Shown: positions 7,977 to 16,570 of the stretch, piece after piece
Numbering within the stretch: position 1 is the first letter of the stretch
How the letters are laid out: each line of letters opens with the position of its first letter
Source of the DNA: Alphaproteobacteria bacterium
GTDB lineage: Bacteria; Pseudomonadota; Alphaproteobacteria; Micavibrionales; Micavibrionaceae
Direction of reading: 5' to 3'
DNA: 64,000 bases
Assembly (NCBI GenBank): GCA_020443295.1
Contig: JAGRIJ010000018.1
Location: 1,249 to 65,248, forward strand
The notes under the pieces: model-generated
What the model was told of the DNA's origin: nothing
The model's database searches: none
The model's input: only the letters and a program-made list of their open reading frames with translations
Made by a program: the position numbers and the translations under genes

Positions 7977-9188
7977 TTAGATCGCCTTCTTCACACCCTT
8001 TTGTTTTGATTTGCTGTAATCCAATGCCGGGATCGGTCTTGCGCGATCCGAAGTCATGTATTCGATGATGGTCGTTACCGCATCCTGCACTTTTGGAACG
8101 GGGATCGGACGCTGTGTCAGTTTTTCCGCTTTATAATGGGCCATCGCTCCCAACGCTTCGGTATGATAGGACTGGCGGCCCATATTATTCAGCGGGTACC
8201 ACAAGGTCCGGTCATGAGCGCGCAGCCACAAGAACTGGGAGGGGGAGAGAACTCCGCCTTCTTCGCGGGCGTAAGCCAAGCCCTTCATCAAGGCTGTGGT
8301 TTCGAAGGCGTGCTGGTTTACCACGGCCAGCGTTTTTCCGGCGAGATCCTTGTCCTTCAGAATGTTAACGGCGTATTTGAAGAGCTTCCGGTCTTTTCTA
8401 AGATCGAGTCCGTTTTTGAAAGACCAGCACTTGGCCAGACGTCCGAGCATATCGTCGGCTTCCGCCCGCTTTCTGGCTGCTTTCAGACAGAAGGCGGCCA
8501 AGAGAACCTGTTTATAGTCTTCAAGGCTGTTTGGTCCTTTCCAGCGTTCGCCGAGTTGTTTTACAAAGGCTTCTGCCGTTTCTTCCTGGTCAATCTTGCC
8601 GTCCGGTACGGAAATCCGGTTATATGCCAGCCATTCTTCCGGTCCCAAGGCTTCAGCAAACGAAGGCAGGTCGGCGGGAACAGGCGAGCCGGGCGGGCGA
8701 GTCGGCTGGTTAGAAGGATTAAATTTTACGAAAGGCGCGATGACCGGGAAAATGTTGGCTTGTCTTTCTATCAGGCCTTCCAGATTGAATCTACGGCGGT
8801 AGTGCGTCCGCGGTCCGAGGAACATACACCACATCGCACCAAGTCCTAGTAAGCTTACCAGCGGCATTCTCCATGGCTGCATGGCCATGGCGTTGAAGAA
8901 TGAAAGATGTTTGAAAACCAGCTTTCCCTTAGGGTATTTCGTTATATTGTCTATGTGGTCGTGGAAATTGAGTTCTTTACCGTTCCAGAACACCTTGTAA
9001 TCGCTGTCCATGAACCAGGAGATTGTCCAGACTTCCGCATAACGGATCCAGCGGACCATTTCCCTGACTTCACCTTGGAAGAAAAACCAGAAAATCCAGA
9101 TCAATACGGCAAAGATGAACAGCATAATCGTCCAGCCGATCGCACTGTCATGTAGAGAATCAGGACTCTGTTGTTGTCCGCCAGCCAA
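7977..9188 (-). CDS. dotM: DotM/IcmP (TrbA of IncI)-like inner-membrane protein
   Basis: The 403-aa ORF has a Gln-rich N-terminus followed by the TM segment IGWTIMLFIFAVLIWIFWFFF and a second hydrophobic segment. A large soluble domain follows. Its size, topology and position upstream of dotL fit IcmP/DotM. The assignment rests partly on context. Confidence 0.6.
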   Translation of the reverse strand: MAGGQQQSPDSLHDSAIGWTIMLFIFAVLIWIFWFFFQGEVREMVRWIRYAEVWTISWFMDSDYKVFWNGKELNFHDHIDNITKYPKGKLVFKHLSFFNAMAMQPWRMPLVSLLGLGAMWCMFLGPRTHYRRRFNLEGLIERQANIFPVIAPFVKFNPSNQPTRPPGSPVPADLPSFAEALGPEEWLAYNRISVPDGKIDQEETAEAFVKQLGERWKGPNSLEDYKQVLLAAFCLKAARKRAEADDMLGRLAKCWSFKNGLDLRKDRKLFKYAVNILKDKDLAGKTLAVVNQHAFETTALMKGLAYAREEGGVLSPSQFLWLRAHDRTLWYPLNNMGRQSYHTEALGAMAHYKAEKLTQRPIPVPKVQDAVTTIIEYMTSDRARPIPALDYSKSKQKGVKKAI

Positions 9189-9447
9189 TGTTCGAAACCC
9201 AACCTAGATAATTTTTACGCTTGCCGTTAAACATTAAGATGTAAAATAGCAGAAAAAAACATAAAAAACCAATAGCTCCGCACAAAAAAACCGTATTGGA
9301 GAGGCGCTGTCAGCCATCTTTTTGAAAAACTTCCAAAAGTGCTTGAAGAGTTCCCCCCGGTTTTGCTACATCTTAGCCGCCCAAGGGTTAAGATAAGATT
9401 ACAGTACCAACATCATTAATTCCTTCGGTACTTCAAAGTCTTCCTAT

Positions 9448-9522
9448 GCCGGATTAGCACAACGGTAGTGCAGTCGATTTGTAATCGAAAGGTTGGGGGT
9501 TCAAATCCCTCATCCGGCACCA
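9448..9522 (+). tRNA. tRNA-Thr (anticodon UGU)
   Basis: Hand-folded 75-nt cloverleaf. Acceptor stem GCCGGAT/ATCCGGC and D stem GCAC/GTGC. The anticodon stem GTCGA/TCGAA has one G-A mismatch. The loop TTTGTAA gives anticodon TGT. T arm GGGGG-TTCAAAT-CCCTC, discriminator A, encoded CCA. Confidence 0.8.
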
Positions 9523-9572
9523 TTGAAACTTTATTGCTTATTTGGCTTTTCTTTTGAATTATTATTGATGAG

Positions 9573-9602
9573 GAGTGCATAAAAATGCGACTCTTCTTGT
9601 TT
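9573..9602 (+). terminator. Probable intrinsic terminator after tRNA-Thr
   Basis: GAGTGCAT-aaaa-ATGC(G)ACTC hairpin followed by TTCTTGTTT. Confidence 0.5.
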
Positions 9603-9622
9603 ATTAATAATTTAAAGAAGCG

Positions 9623-12175
9623 ATGCAGGGAGTTTCAAGGATGGCCAAGGCCAAAGATGCTTTTTCCGATGATAAAACGGGGGGTTCAGGGTTTGAGGGC
9701 GATGAGCGGGTTCAACATATAGAATCCGCCTTGATTGAGCGCGTACGGCAGATCGTTCCCGATGTGTCCCATGCAAAACGCGAGGACTGGTATGCCGCGG
9801 TCGCCGGGCTGGTCAGGGATGAGTTGATTCCTGCATGGCAGGCAACGGAACAGACTTATGCATCTTCACAAGTCGAGGGCCAGGCGCATTACCTTTCTAT
9901 CGAATGGTTGCTTGGGCCCAATATTTCTACGGCCTTGCAAGCAGCGAAACTGGAAAAGGACGTTAAGCAGGCTCTTACCAATCTGGGTCACGATCCGCAG
10001 AAGATACTGGATTTTGAAATGGACCCCGGATTGGGGAATGGCGGTCTTGGGCGGCTGGCGGCCTGTTTTATCGATAGCGGCGCTAACCTTCATATTCCGT
10101 TGCATGGATACGGTCTTTTTTACCGTGATGGATTTTTCAGGCAGGTGATCAATGAGGAGGGACAGCAAGTCGAGCGTCCTCATCAATGGCATTCGGAAGG
10201 GTATCCATGGACCTTCCGGCGCGGGGATGTCGGGCCGTTTTCCGTGACGCTTTTTAAAGACAACCCTAAGGTCTTTGAGGTCAGGGCCCATGACATGATG
10301 GCACCGAGCTATGACGGGCGGACAGTCAATACTTTGCGGTTGTGGGAGCTTGTCGTTCCTGAAGATTTCGATGCCGGCGATGCTCATAAAAACTGGGAAA
10401 TCCGCGCGGTCAACAAACAGCTTTATCCTTCGGATCACGATACGGGCGGGAAGGATTTGAGGCTTTTGCAGGAATATGTGCTTGTCAGCGCATCCCTTCA
10501 GAGCATCTTGAACGATCATCTGAGTAAGTACGACACGCTGGATAATCTTTATCCTATGACTTCCATCCAGATTAACGACACGCATCCGGCACTGGCCATT
10601 CCCGAGTTGATGCGCCTGCTTGTGGACGAGCACGGCATGGAGTGGGAAAGGGCCAAGGAGATTACCTGTAAAGTCTGCAATTACACGAACCATACCCTGA
10701 TGCCGGAAGCTTTGGAAAAGTGGGACAGGGGGAAGCTTGATTACCTGTCACCCCGGATTGAATCCATCCTTTACAGGCTGCACAATGAGCTTATGGAAGA
10801 GGCGGATGTCAAATTTGCGCATCTCAGCGATGAAGACAGGGCTCAGGCCAAGGCGAGAATTGCGGTCCGTTACGGAGATGATTACCGCATGGGCCATCTG
10901 GCTGCTTTCCATTCCGGCCGGGTCAACGGAGTTTCGGCCATGCATACCGAACTGGTCTTTGAGGATCTTTTCCCCGACCTGATTGCCATGCGCGGTTCCA
11001 GTATCAAGGTCAACCATACAAACGGAATCAGCCAGCGGCGTTTTCTTGTAAAGGCCAATCCCGCTCTTGCGACCCTGATCACCAGAACGATGGGAGATGA
11101 AGTATGGATTACCGACCTTGAGCATATCAGGGTTCTGGAGGATCATATGGAGGATCCCGATTTCATGGAGCGTTTCGCCGCGATCAAACGCGGAAACAAA
11201 GAGCGCCTTGCGGATCTGGTCCGTGAAGAGACCGGTGTGGAACTGGATACCGATGCGCTGTTCGATGTTCAGGTCAAACGGATCCATGAATATAAGCGGC
11301 AATTGATGAATTTGTTGCATACCGTGGCTCTGTATCAGGATATGAAGGAGCACCCCGAGGCCAAACGGCCGAAGATTGCCAAGATCATGGCTGGAAAGGC
11401 TGCGCCCGGATATGGAACTGCAAAGGGAATTATCGCTCTGGCTCACAAGCTTCAGCGTATTCTGGATGAGGATCAAAGTCTCGGAGGGAAGCTGAAGCTT
11501 GCTTTCATTCCTGATTATAACGTGCGAAAAGCCGAGATTATCGTTCCCGGCGCTAATCTTTCGGAACAAATTTCGACAGCCGGGACCGAGGCGTCAGGGA
11601 CCAGCAATATGAAATTCGCTTTAAATGGCGCTATTACTATCGGCACGCGCGATGGGGCGAATGTCGAGATCGGGGAGGAAACCGGGGAAGAGAATATCTT
11701 TTTCTTCGGAAAGACGGAAGAAGAGCTGGAAGCTATCAATGCCGCAGGGTATAAGCCGGCAGAGTGGATCGAGAAAAGTCCGCGCCTTAAGAAGGCCCTT
11801 GAGTTTCTTGATAGTATCGGATTCAAATACCTTGCCGACACTGTCCGCAATGACGACCGTTACAGAATCGCTGCGGACTTTGACGATTACTGGGACAAGC
11901 ATCATCAAGCTGCGGATCTTTATCATAATAACCGGCCGGAATGGCGCAGACGTGCAGTGATTAATACGATCGCAGGGGCGCATTTTTCATCTGACCGGAC
12001 TGTCGAAGGCTATGCGCGCCAAAACTGGGCGGTTCATCCCGTCTATCCCGACCTGGATCTCTATGATGAAATTCGCGCGCTTTTTGAAAACCATTCGCTT
12101 GACGTTCCTCTGGGGCTCCGTCGCAACGGCTCGGCGGATACGGATCCGCAGGGTTTTGACGCTGCTATGGGTTAA
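9623..12175 (+). CDS. glgP: Glycogen/maltodextrin phosphorylase
   Basis: The 850-aa ORF carries the PLP-lysine signature TEASGTSNMKFALNGAITIGTRDGANVEI, plus GNGGLGRLAACF. The start may be the second ATG at 9641 (MAKAKD), 8 nt after AGGGAG. Confidence 0.93.
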   Translation: MQGVSRMAKAKDAFSDDKTGGSGFEGDERVQHIESALIERVRQIVPDVSHAKREDWYAAVAGLVRDELIPAWQATEQTYASSQVEGQAHYLSIEWLLGPNISTALQAAKLEKDVKQALTNLGHDPQKILDFEMDPGLGNGGLGRLAACFIDSGANLHIPLHGYGLFYRDGFFRQVINEEGQQVERPHQWHSEGYPWTFRRGDVGPFSVTLFKDNPKVFEVRAHDMMAPSYDGRTVNTLRLWELVVPEDFDAGDAHKNWEIRAVNKQLYPSDHDTGGKDLRLLQEYVLVSASLQSILNDHLSKYDTLDNLYPMTSIQINDTHPALAIPELMRLLVDEHGMEWERAKEITCKVCNYTNHTLMPEALEKWDRGKLDYLSPRIESILYRLHNELMEEADVKFAHLSDEDRAQAKARIAVRYGDDYRMGHLAAFHSGRVNGVSAMHTELVFEDLFPDLIAMRGSSIKVNHTNGISQRRFLVKANPALATLITRTMGDEVWITDLEHIRVLEDHMEDPDFMERFAAIKRGNKERLADLVREETGVELDTDALFDVQVKRIHEYKRQLMNLLHTVALYQDMKEHPEAKRPKIAKIMAGKAAPGYGTAKGIIALAHKLQRILDEDQSLGGKLKLAFIPDYNVRKAEIIVPGANLSEQISTAGTEASGTSNMKFALNGAITIGTRDGANVEIGEETGEENIFFFGKTEEELEAINAAGYKPAEWIEKSPRLKKALEFLDSIGFKYLADTVRNDDRYRIAADFDDYWDKHHQAADLYHNNRPEWRRRAVINTIAGAHFSSDRTVEGYARQNWAVHPVYPDLDLYDEIRALFENHSLDVPLGLRRNGSADTDPQGFDAAMG

Positions 12176-12304
12176 AACGAGTTTTCTCCGGCCTGTTGTT
12201 TTAGAACGTTGTGGCTCTCGTTGCTGTCTTTAATAGAGCTTAATACTTGCGTGTCCTTTTCCAGACTTATATTCTCACAATCAGTGTGAAGAAGGAGCAG
12301 TTCC

Positions 12305-13051
12305 ATGGCAGATGATAATGAAGCTCTTGTCGGTCTCATTGAAGCGAACCGAGGCCGCGCGAAGTTTTCCGGGCACGGGAGGTCGTTAGGCGCCGCCGGT
12401 TACCGGGTCGCCAGCGACCATCCAGAGAACTGCGAGTTTCTCGGTGAGCCGGGGCAGAGTATCGCTTTGTCGCCGCCGCAAGGGGGCTTTGAGAGTATTC
12501 TTATCGGCGCTGCCTGGGATAACGTGATTGTTGAAGAGTCAGGAATTCTTGGCCGCTGGTTCAAAAAAGTCCGCAAAATCGGTGTTGATCTGGATATCGG
12601 ATGTCTTTACGAGTTGCAGAACGGCAAGCGAGGCGCCATTCAGGCGTTCGGGGAAAAGTTCGGGGATTTTGAAAATGTCCCCTATATCTCCCTGTCCGGG
12701 GACGAACGGACAGGGGATAAAGAAGGGCATGACGAGTACCTTCTGATCAACGGACACAAATGGAGCGAACTTAAACGTATCCTCGTTTATATCTATATCT
12801 ACAAAGGCGTTCCCAACTGGTCTGCGATCAAGCCGCAGGTGGTGATCGATGTGCCCGGGGAGAACGATCTTTACGTTACTCTCAATGTCTATGACGATAA
12901 TCTGGCGGTCTGCGCCGTTGGCGAGCTGGAGAATGTCCGCGGCGGGATCAGGCTGACCAATCGTACCGAGTATTTTCCCGGACATGAAGAGATGGACCGG
13001 GCCTACGGTTTTGGTCTTGACTGGGGTGACGGCACCAAGCCGCCGCTGTAA
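12305..13051 (+). CDS. TerD-domain protein (TerA/TerD-like, divergent)
   Basis: VDLDIGCLYELQNGKRGAIQ...SLSGDERTGDKEGHDEYLLIN resembles the TerD fold and its acidic Ca2+-binding loop. GAAGGAG lies upstream of the ATG. Confidence 0.7.
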   Translation: MADDNEALVGLIEANRGRAKFSGHGRSLGAAGYRVASDHPENCEFLGEPGQSIALSPPQGGFESILIGAAWDNVIVEESGILGRWFKKVRKIGVDLDIGCLYELQNGKRGAIQAFGEKFGDFENVPYISLSGDERTGDKEGHDEYLLINGHKWSELKRILVYIYIYKGVPNWSAIKPQVVIDVPGENDLYVTLNVYDDNLAVCAVGELENVRGGIRLTNRTEYFPGHEEMDRAYGFGLDWGDGTKPPL

Positions 13052-13075
13052 TTGCCGGGTTTGAATGATCTAGGC

Positions 13076-14056
13076 ATGGTTGAAATCACAACGTATGAAG
13101 CGGTTCTTCTTTCTTTTGGAGCTTTGATCTTCGGGATCTTTCTTCTGGTCCGCGGTGGAGGCTGGACTATCGATTCAGCCGTGTATATCGCGACCCATCA
13201 CGGGATCTCGCCCATGGTGGTCGGTTTAGTGATTGTCGGTTTCGGAACGTCTTTCCCCGAGCTTGTTGTTTCTATTTTGGCCAATTTTCAGGGTTCTGCG
13301 GGAATCGCTTTGGGCAATGTTATCGGTTCGAATATTGCCAATATTCTTTTGATTCTCGGGGCAAGCTCGATCATGACCAGTTTGAGCACACAGCGCACTG
13401 TTTCTCTCGCCCGCGATCTTGTGGTGATGATTTTGGTTACGGTCTGGCTTGCATGGATGCTGAATAACGGCGGGGTTGGACGCTGGTCAGGCGTGCTGAT
13501 GCTTGGCGTTCTTGTCGTTTACCTTGTCTTTCAGTATCTGCTGGCTCAATCGCAAGAAGAACATACGCCTCATCTGGAAGATTCGAAGTTTGACAGCGAT
13601 GCTGTCGCCCTGGTTTTTCTTCTTGCGGGGCTGTTTTCCATTGCGGCCGGTGCGGAGTTTCTTGTCAAGGGCGCCAAAACCTTTGCCTCTATCCTGTCTA
13701 TTCCAGAATCCGTTATCGCGCTGAGCATTGTTGCCGTGGGAACCTCTTTGCCGGAACTGACGACCAGCGTTATCGCCAGCAAGCGCGGGCAGGGGGATAT
13801 CGTGATCGGCAATGTGATCGGTTCGAATATCTTCAATGTTCTCATGATTCTCGGGATTACGGCGGTCATGAGCCCTATCCAGCCCGGGACTTTTTCTCCC
13901 CAGCTGGCGTCACTGGATATCTGGCTTGCGTTGCTTGTGGCCCTGATTTTTTCGGGACTTCTTCTGATGAGAGGGAAAATCAACCGGATACACGGGTTTT
14001 TGTTTTGTTTAAGTTATTTTGCTTATAATATATATCTCTACGCGTCTAACCTTTAG
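13076..14056 (+). CDS. Ca2+/cation antiporter, CaCA (YrbG-like) family
   Basis: Two alpha-repeats are present: GTSFPELVVSILA...GNVIGSNIANILLILG and GTSLPELTTSVIA...GNVIGSNIFNVLMILG. The ORF is open from 13052, and the ATG at 13076 is taken as the start. Confidence 0.9.
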   Translation: MVEITTYEAVLLSFGALIFGIFLLVRGGGWTIDSAVYIATHHGISPMVVGLVIVGFGTSFPELVVSILANFQGSAGIALGNVIGSNIANILLILGASSIMTSLSTQRTVSLARDLVVMILVTVWLAWMLNNGGVGRWSGVLMLGVLVVYLVFQYLLAQSQEEHTPHLEDSKFDSDAVALVFLLAGLFSIAAGAEFLVKGAKTFASILSIPESVIALSIVAVGTSLPELTTSVIASKRGQGDIVIGNVIGSNIFNVLMILGITAVMSPIQPGTFSPQLASLDIWLALLVALIFSGLLLMRGKINRIHGFLFCLSYFAYNIYLYASNL

Positions 14057-14092
14057 GTGCCTTAAACAGCTTGGCTAAACGGAACCGGACCC

Positions 14093-14734
14093 ATGACCGA
14101 TATCTTTGATCCGAACCAGTACAAAGAAGTCAAAATCGAAATCAACCAAAATATGCTCACCAAGGGGGGCGAGATTAACCTTGCCGCCAAGGACCCGACG
14201 TTGCAGCGTCTTCATATCGGGGTCGGCTGGGACCAAAACCAGTTTGATACGGACCCGCTGGACGTTGATATCAGCTGTTTTATGTTGAACCGGCAGGGAA
14301 AGACGCGGGTTAACGAGGATTTTATTTTTTACAATAATTATGAAGGGACCGATAAGGCGGTTATTCACAGCGGTGACAACCGTACGGGCGCCGGGGACGG
14401 GGACGATGAATCCATGCTGGTTCATCTGCCGTTTGTACATTTCGATATCGTTCAGCTGATGTTCGTCCTTTCCATCTACAAGGGCGAGGAAAAGGGGCAA
14501 AATCTGGCCAAAATGAGAAACGGGTATTTCCGTCTGGTCAATAGCGATACGAATATCGAAATCGTGCGTTACGAGCTTGCCGATGACACGGAGGAACGTC
14601 CTGAAACGGCCATGCTTGTCGGGGTGCTCAACCGCGAAGGACCTAAATGGCACTTCGTGGCCCTTGGTGAATCCGTCGAGGGGGGGTTGCAGCGGGTTGC
14701 CGAAGGTTACGATATTATCGTCGGCAGCGCCTGA
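14093..14734 (+). CDS. terD: TerD family stress / Ca2+-binding protein
   Basis: LHIGVGWDQ...DVDISCFML...DFIFYNN...HSGDNRTGAGDGDDESMLVHL is the canonical TerD signature. Confidence 0.9.
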   Translation: MTDIFDPNQYKEVKIEINQNMLTKGGEINLAAKDPTLQRLHIGVGWDQNQFDTDPLDVDISCFMLNRQGKTRVNEDFIFYNNYEGTDKAVIHSGDNRTGAGDGDDESMLVHLPFVHFDIVQLMFVLSIYKGEEKGQNLAKMRNGYFRLVNSDTNIEIVRYELADDTEERPETAMLVGVLNREGPKWHFVALGESVEGGLQRVAEGYDIIVGSA

Positions 14735-14746
14735 TTTTACACTTAA

Positions 14747-15280
14747 TCAGCGTTTCATGCCCAGAAGCTGGCCCGGTTTGATTTTCGGCGCTTTGCGCCC
14801 GACGCGTCCGCGTTTGCCACCGCCGGCCCGTCCTGAATCGTACATCTCCGTATCAATCAGTTTCTCGATATCCGGCAGTTCGTTCATCTGGATTGCTTCA
14901 ATGCAGGAACGGAAGAAATTACAGCCTTTTTCTTCCCAGTTATAAACCTCGTTTACATAACTTTCACCGTTAATATTCAGAAAAACCGGGACCCATTTAT
15001 CTTCCCGGGCCGGGATAATCCGCATCAGGAGAATCTGTTGCAAGCGTCCATGGGAGGACAGGCCGCCCGAGGTTTCTCCCGAGTCTTCCTCGCCTTCTTT
15101 TTCATCGTGTAAAAACTGGATTTCGGCTTGGACGTCTTCTTCGCCCGGGCCCATTCGGACCTCTGCGCTGCAGGTTATGCCTCTCTCGGCGTCATACAAA
15201 AACCACGGCCTCGTTTCGTAGGCCGAGAGGATGTAATCCACCCCTAATTTTTCCATAACTTCCTTGAGTTCGACCCTCAT
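14747..15280 (-). CDS. Hypothetical protein with an acidic core and a basic Gly/Arg/Lys tail
   Basis: The 177-aa ORF is convergent on terD. It has an acidic stretch EKEGEEDSGETSGG and the C-terminus GGGKRGRVGRKAPKIKPGQLLGMKR. No family recognised. Confidence 0.55.
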   Translation of the reverse strand: MRVELKEVMEKLGVDYILSAYETRPWFLYDAERGITCSAEVRMGPGEEDVQAEIQFLHDEKEGEEDSGETSGGLSSHGRLQQILLMRIIPAREDKWVPVFLNINGESYVNEVYNWEEKGCNFFRSCIEAIQMNELPDIEKLIDTEMYDSGRAGGGKRGRVGRKAPKIKPGQLLGMKR

Positions 15281-15475
15281 AGCCCCGATCGCTTTTCCTG
15301 TTTCCTCAATCTACACAAAAAAACAGCTTTATGCATGAAATTCTTAGGCTTGTTAAATATTTGTTGAAGGAAATCCTGTAAAAGATAAAGAGGGTCTGTT
15401 TTTATTAAAAAAATGTTACTTTAAGGGTGGGGTCAGTTCTGTTTTCTGCGTCAAAATCAATAGGTTGTATGTGGG

Positions 15476-16570
15476 ATGCTAAGAGAGCATAGCCTTTCGA
15501 GACGCTTTTTTCTGGCACTTTTTTTTGCCGGATTGATCGTTTCCGGACTTGTTTCCGGAAGCTCTCTTCTTTTTGCGCAGGAACAGTCAAAAGAGAGTGT
15601 CGTTGAAATTAAAGCCCGTCCTGTGGACGCAAAAACCCTTGTTTCCGGTCCTTATAAAATCAGTTTATGGGGCGTTGACAGCGTTTCTACGGGCAATGCG
15701 ATTTTCGAGCTTGGTGCGCGTTCCGTTCTTGAAGAAAAGATCGATCAGAAACCGATCGAGTGCACAATCAAGAGCCGGAACCAGAACGATATTGTGGCGC
15801 AGTGTGTAAATTCCGAAGAGCAGGATCTCAGTCTTTTCATGCTCCAGCAAGGGTATGTCGTCGTTAACCGCGAGGTCGTCTACGGATCGATTTACGAGAA
15901 TCCTTATATCGAAGCCGAGAAAAATTCTCAAAAGCAACGTCGGGGGTTATGGTCGCTCAATAATCAGCAGGAATCGGGCGGCGGTTTCGAAGGCGGGCAA
16001 AGGCTGATTATCGGCGGGGTTATTTTTATCGCGATTGTTCTGGCCGCTCTGGCGGGGATTACGCTTTTTATCATGAGAGGTTTTCGCAACGTTGTTGAAG
16101 TGCAGAACCAGAGCATGGATCTGGCCAGCAAGGAACGGCTTTTGCGTGAGAAGGAAAAGTTCGTTGTTGCCAGCATGATCGATGCCGAAGTGAGGACAAA
16201 CAAGACCAAGATCGAAGCGTATCTTTTGATGTATGACGAGTTGCTGAAGGATCTTAAGGACAAGACCCGCGAGCCCAAATACCGGAAGTCGGGCGATATT
16301 ATTCAGAAACAGCCTGCTTTAAGCCGGGCCGTTTTTGACGGGAATACGAGCAAACTCGATCTATTGGGACAACATACGGCCAGTGATATCATCCATTATT
16401 ATGCCCGGATCAAAACGGTTCCCGATTACGTAGAGCTTGAGCCTGATGCTCCGTTGGCGGAGGCTATCGGAATCGTTGAGGGTGCTGTCGATGCGGCCCG
16501 TAAAATTGATGTGATTTCCGATAAGCTTCTGGACAAGTTTGCTGCGATGCTGCTGGTTCAGGGTAATTAA
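15476..16570 (+). CDS. Membrane protein with an N-terminal SNase/OB-like periplasmic domain and a cytoplasmic C-terminal domain
   Basis: There is a signal/TM segment [34 protein letters not shown]...[13 protein letters not shown]...RRGLW resembles thermonuclease-like domains. A second TM follows ([24 protein letters not shown]). Catalytic residues were not verified. Confidence 0.5.
   Translation: MLREHSLSRRFFLALFFAGLIVSGLVSGSSLLFAQEQSKESVVEIKARPVDAKTLVSGPYKISLWGVDSVSTGNAIFELGARSVLEEKIDQKPIECTIKSRNQNDIVAQCVNSEEQDLSLFMLQQGYVVVNREVVYGSIYENPYIEAEKNSQKQRRGLWSLNNQQESGGGFEGGQRLIIGGVIFIAIVLAALAGITLFIMRGFRNVVEVQNQSMDLASKERLLREKEKFVVASMIDAEVRTNKTKIEAYLLMYDELLKDLKDKTREPKYRKSGDIIQKQPALSRAVFDGNTSKLDLLGQHTASDIIHYYARIKTVPDYVELEPDAPLAEAIGIVEGAVDAARKIDVISDKLLDKFAAMLLVQGN

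Noticed and set aside
3366-9522. Genomic island integrated at tRNA-Thr
   Set aside because: The Fic/Dot cluster lies 5' of the tRNA rather than at its 3' end. No integrase, transposase or direct repeat of the tRNA 3' end was seen. Local composition looks native on one 60-nt hand count. Not excluded, but unsupported.
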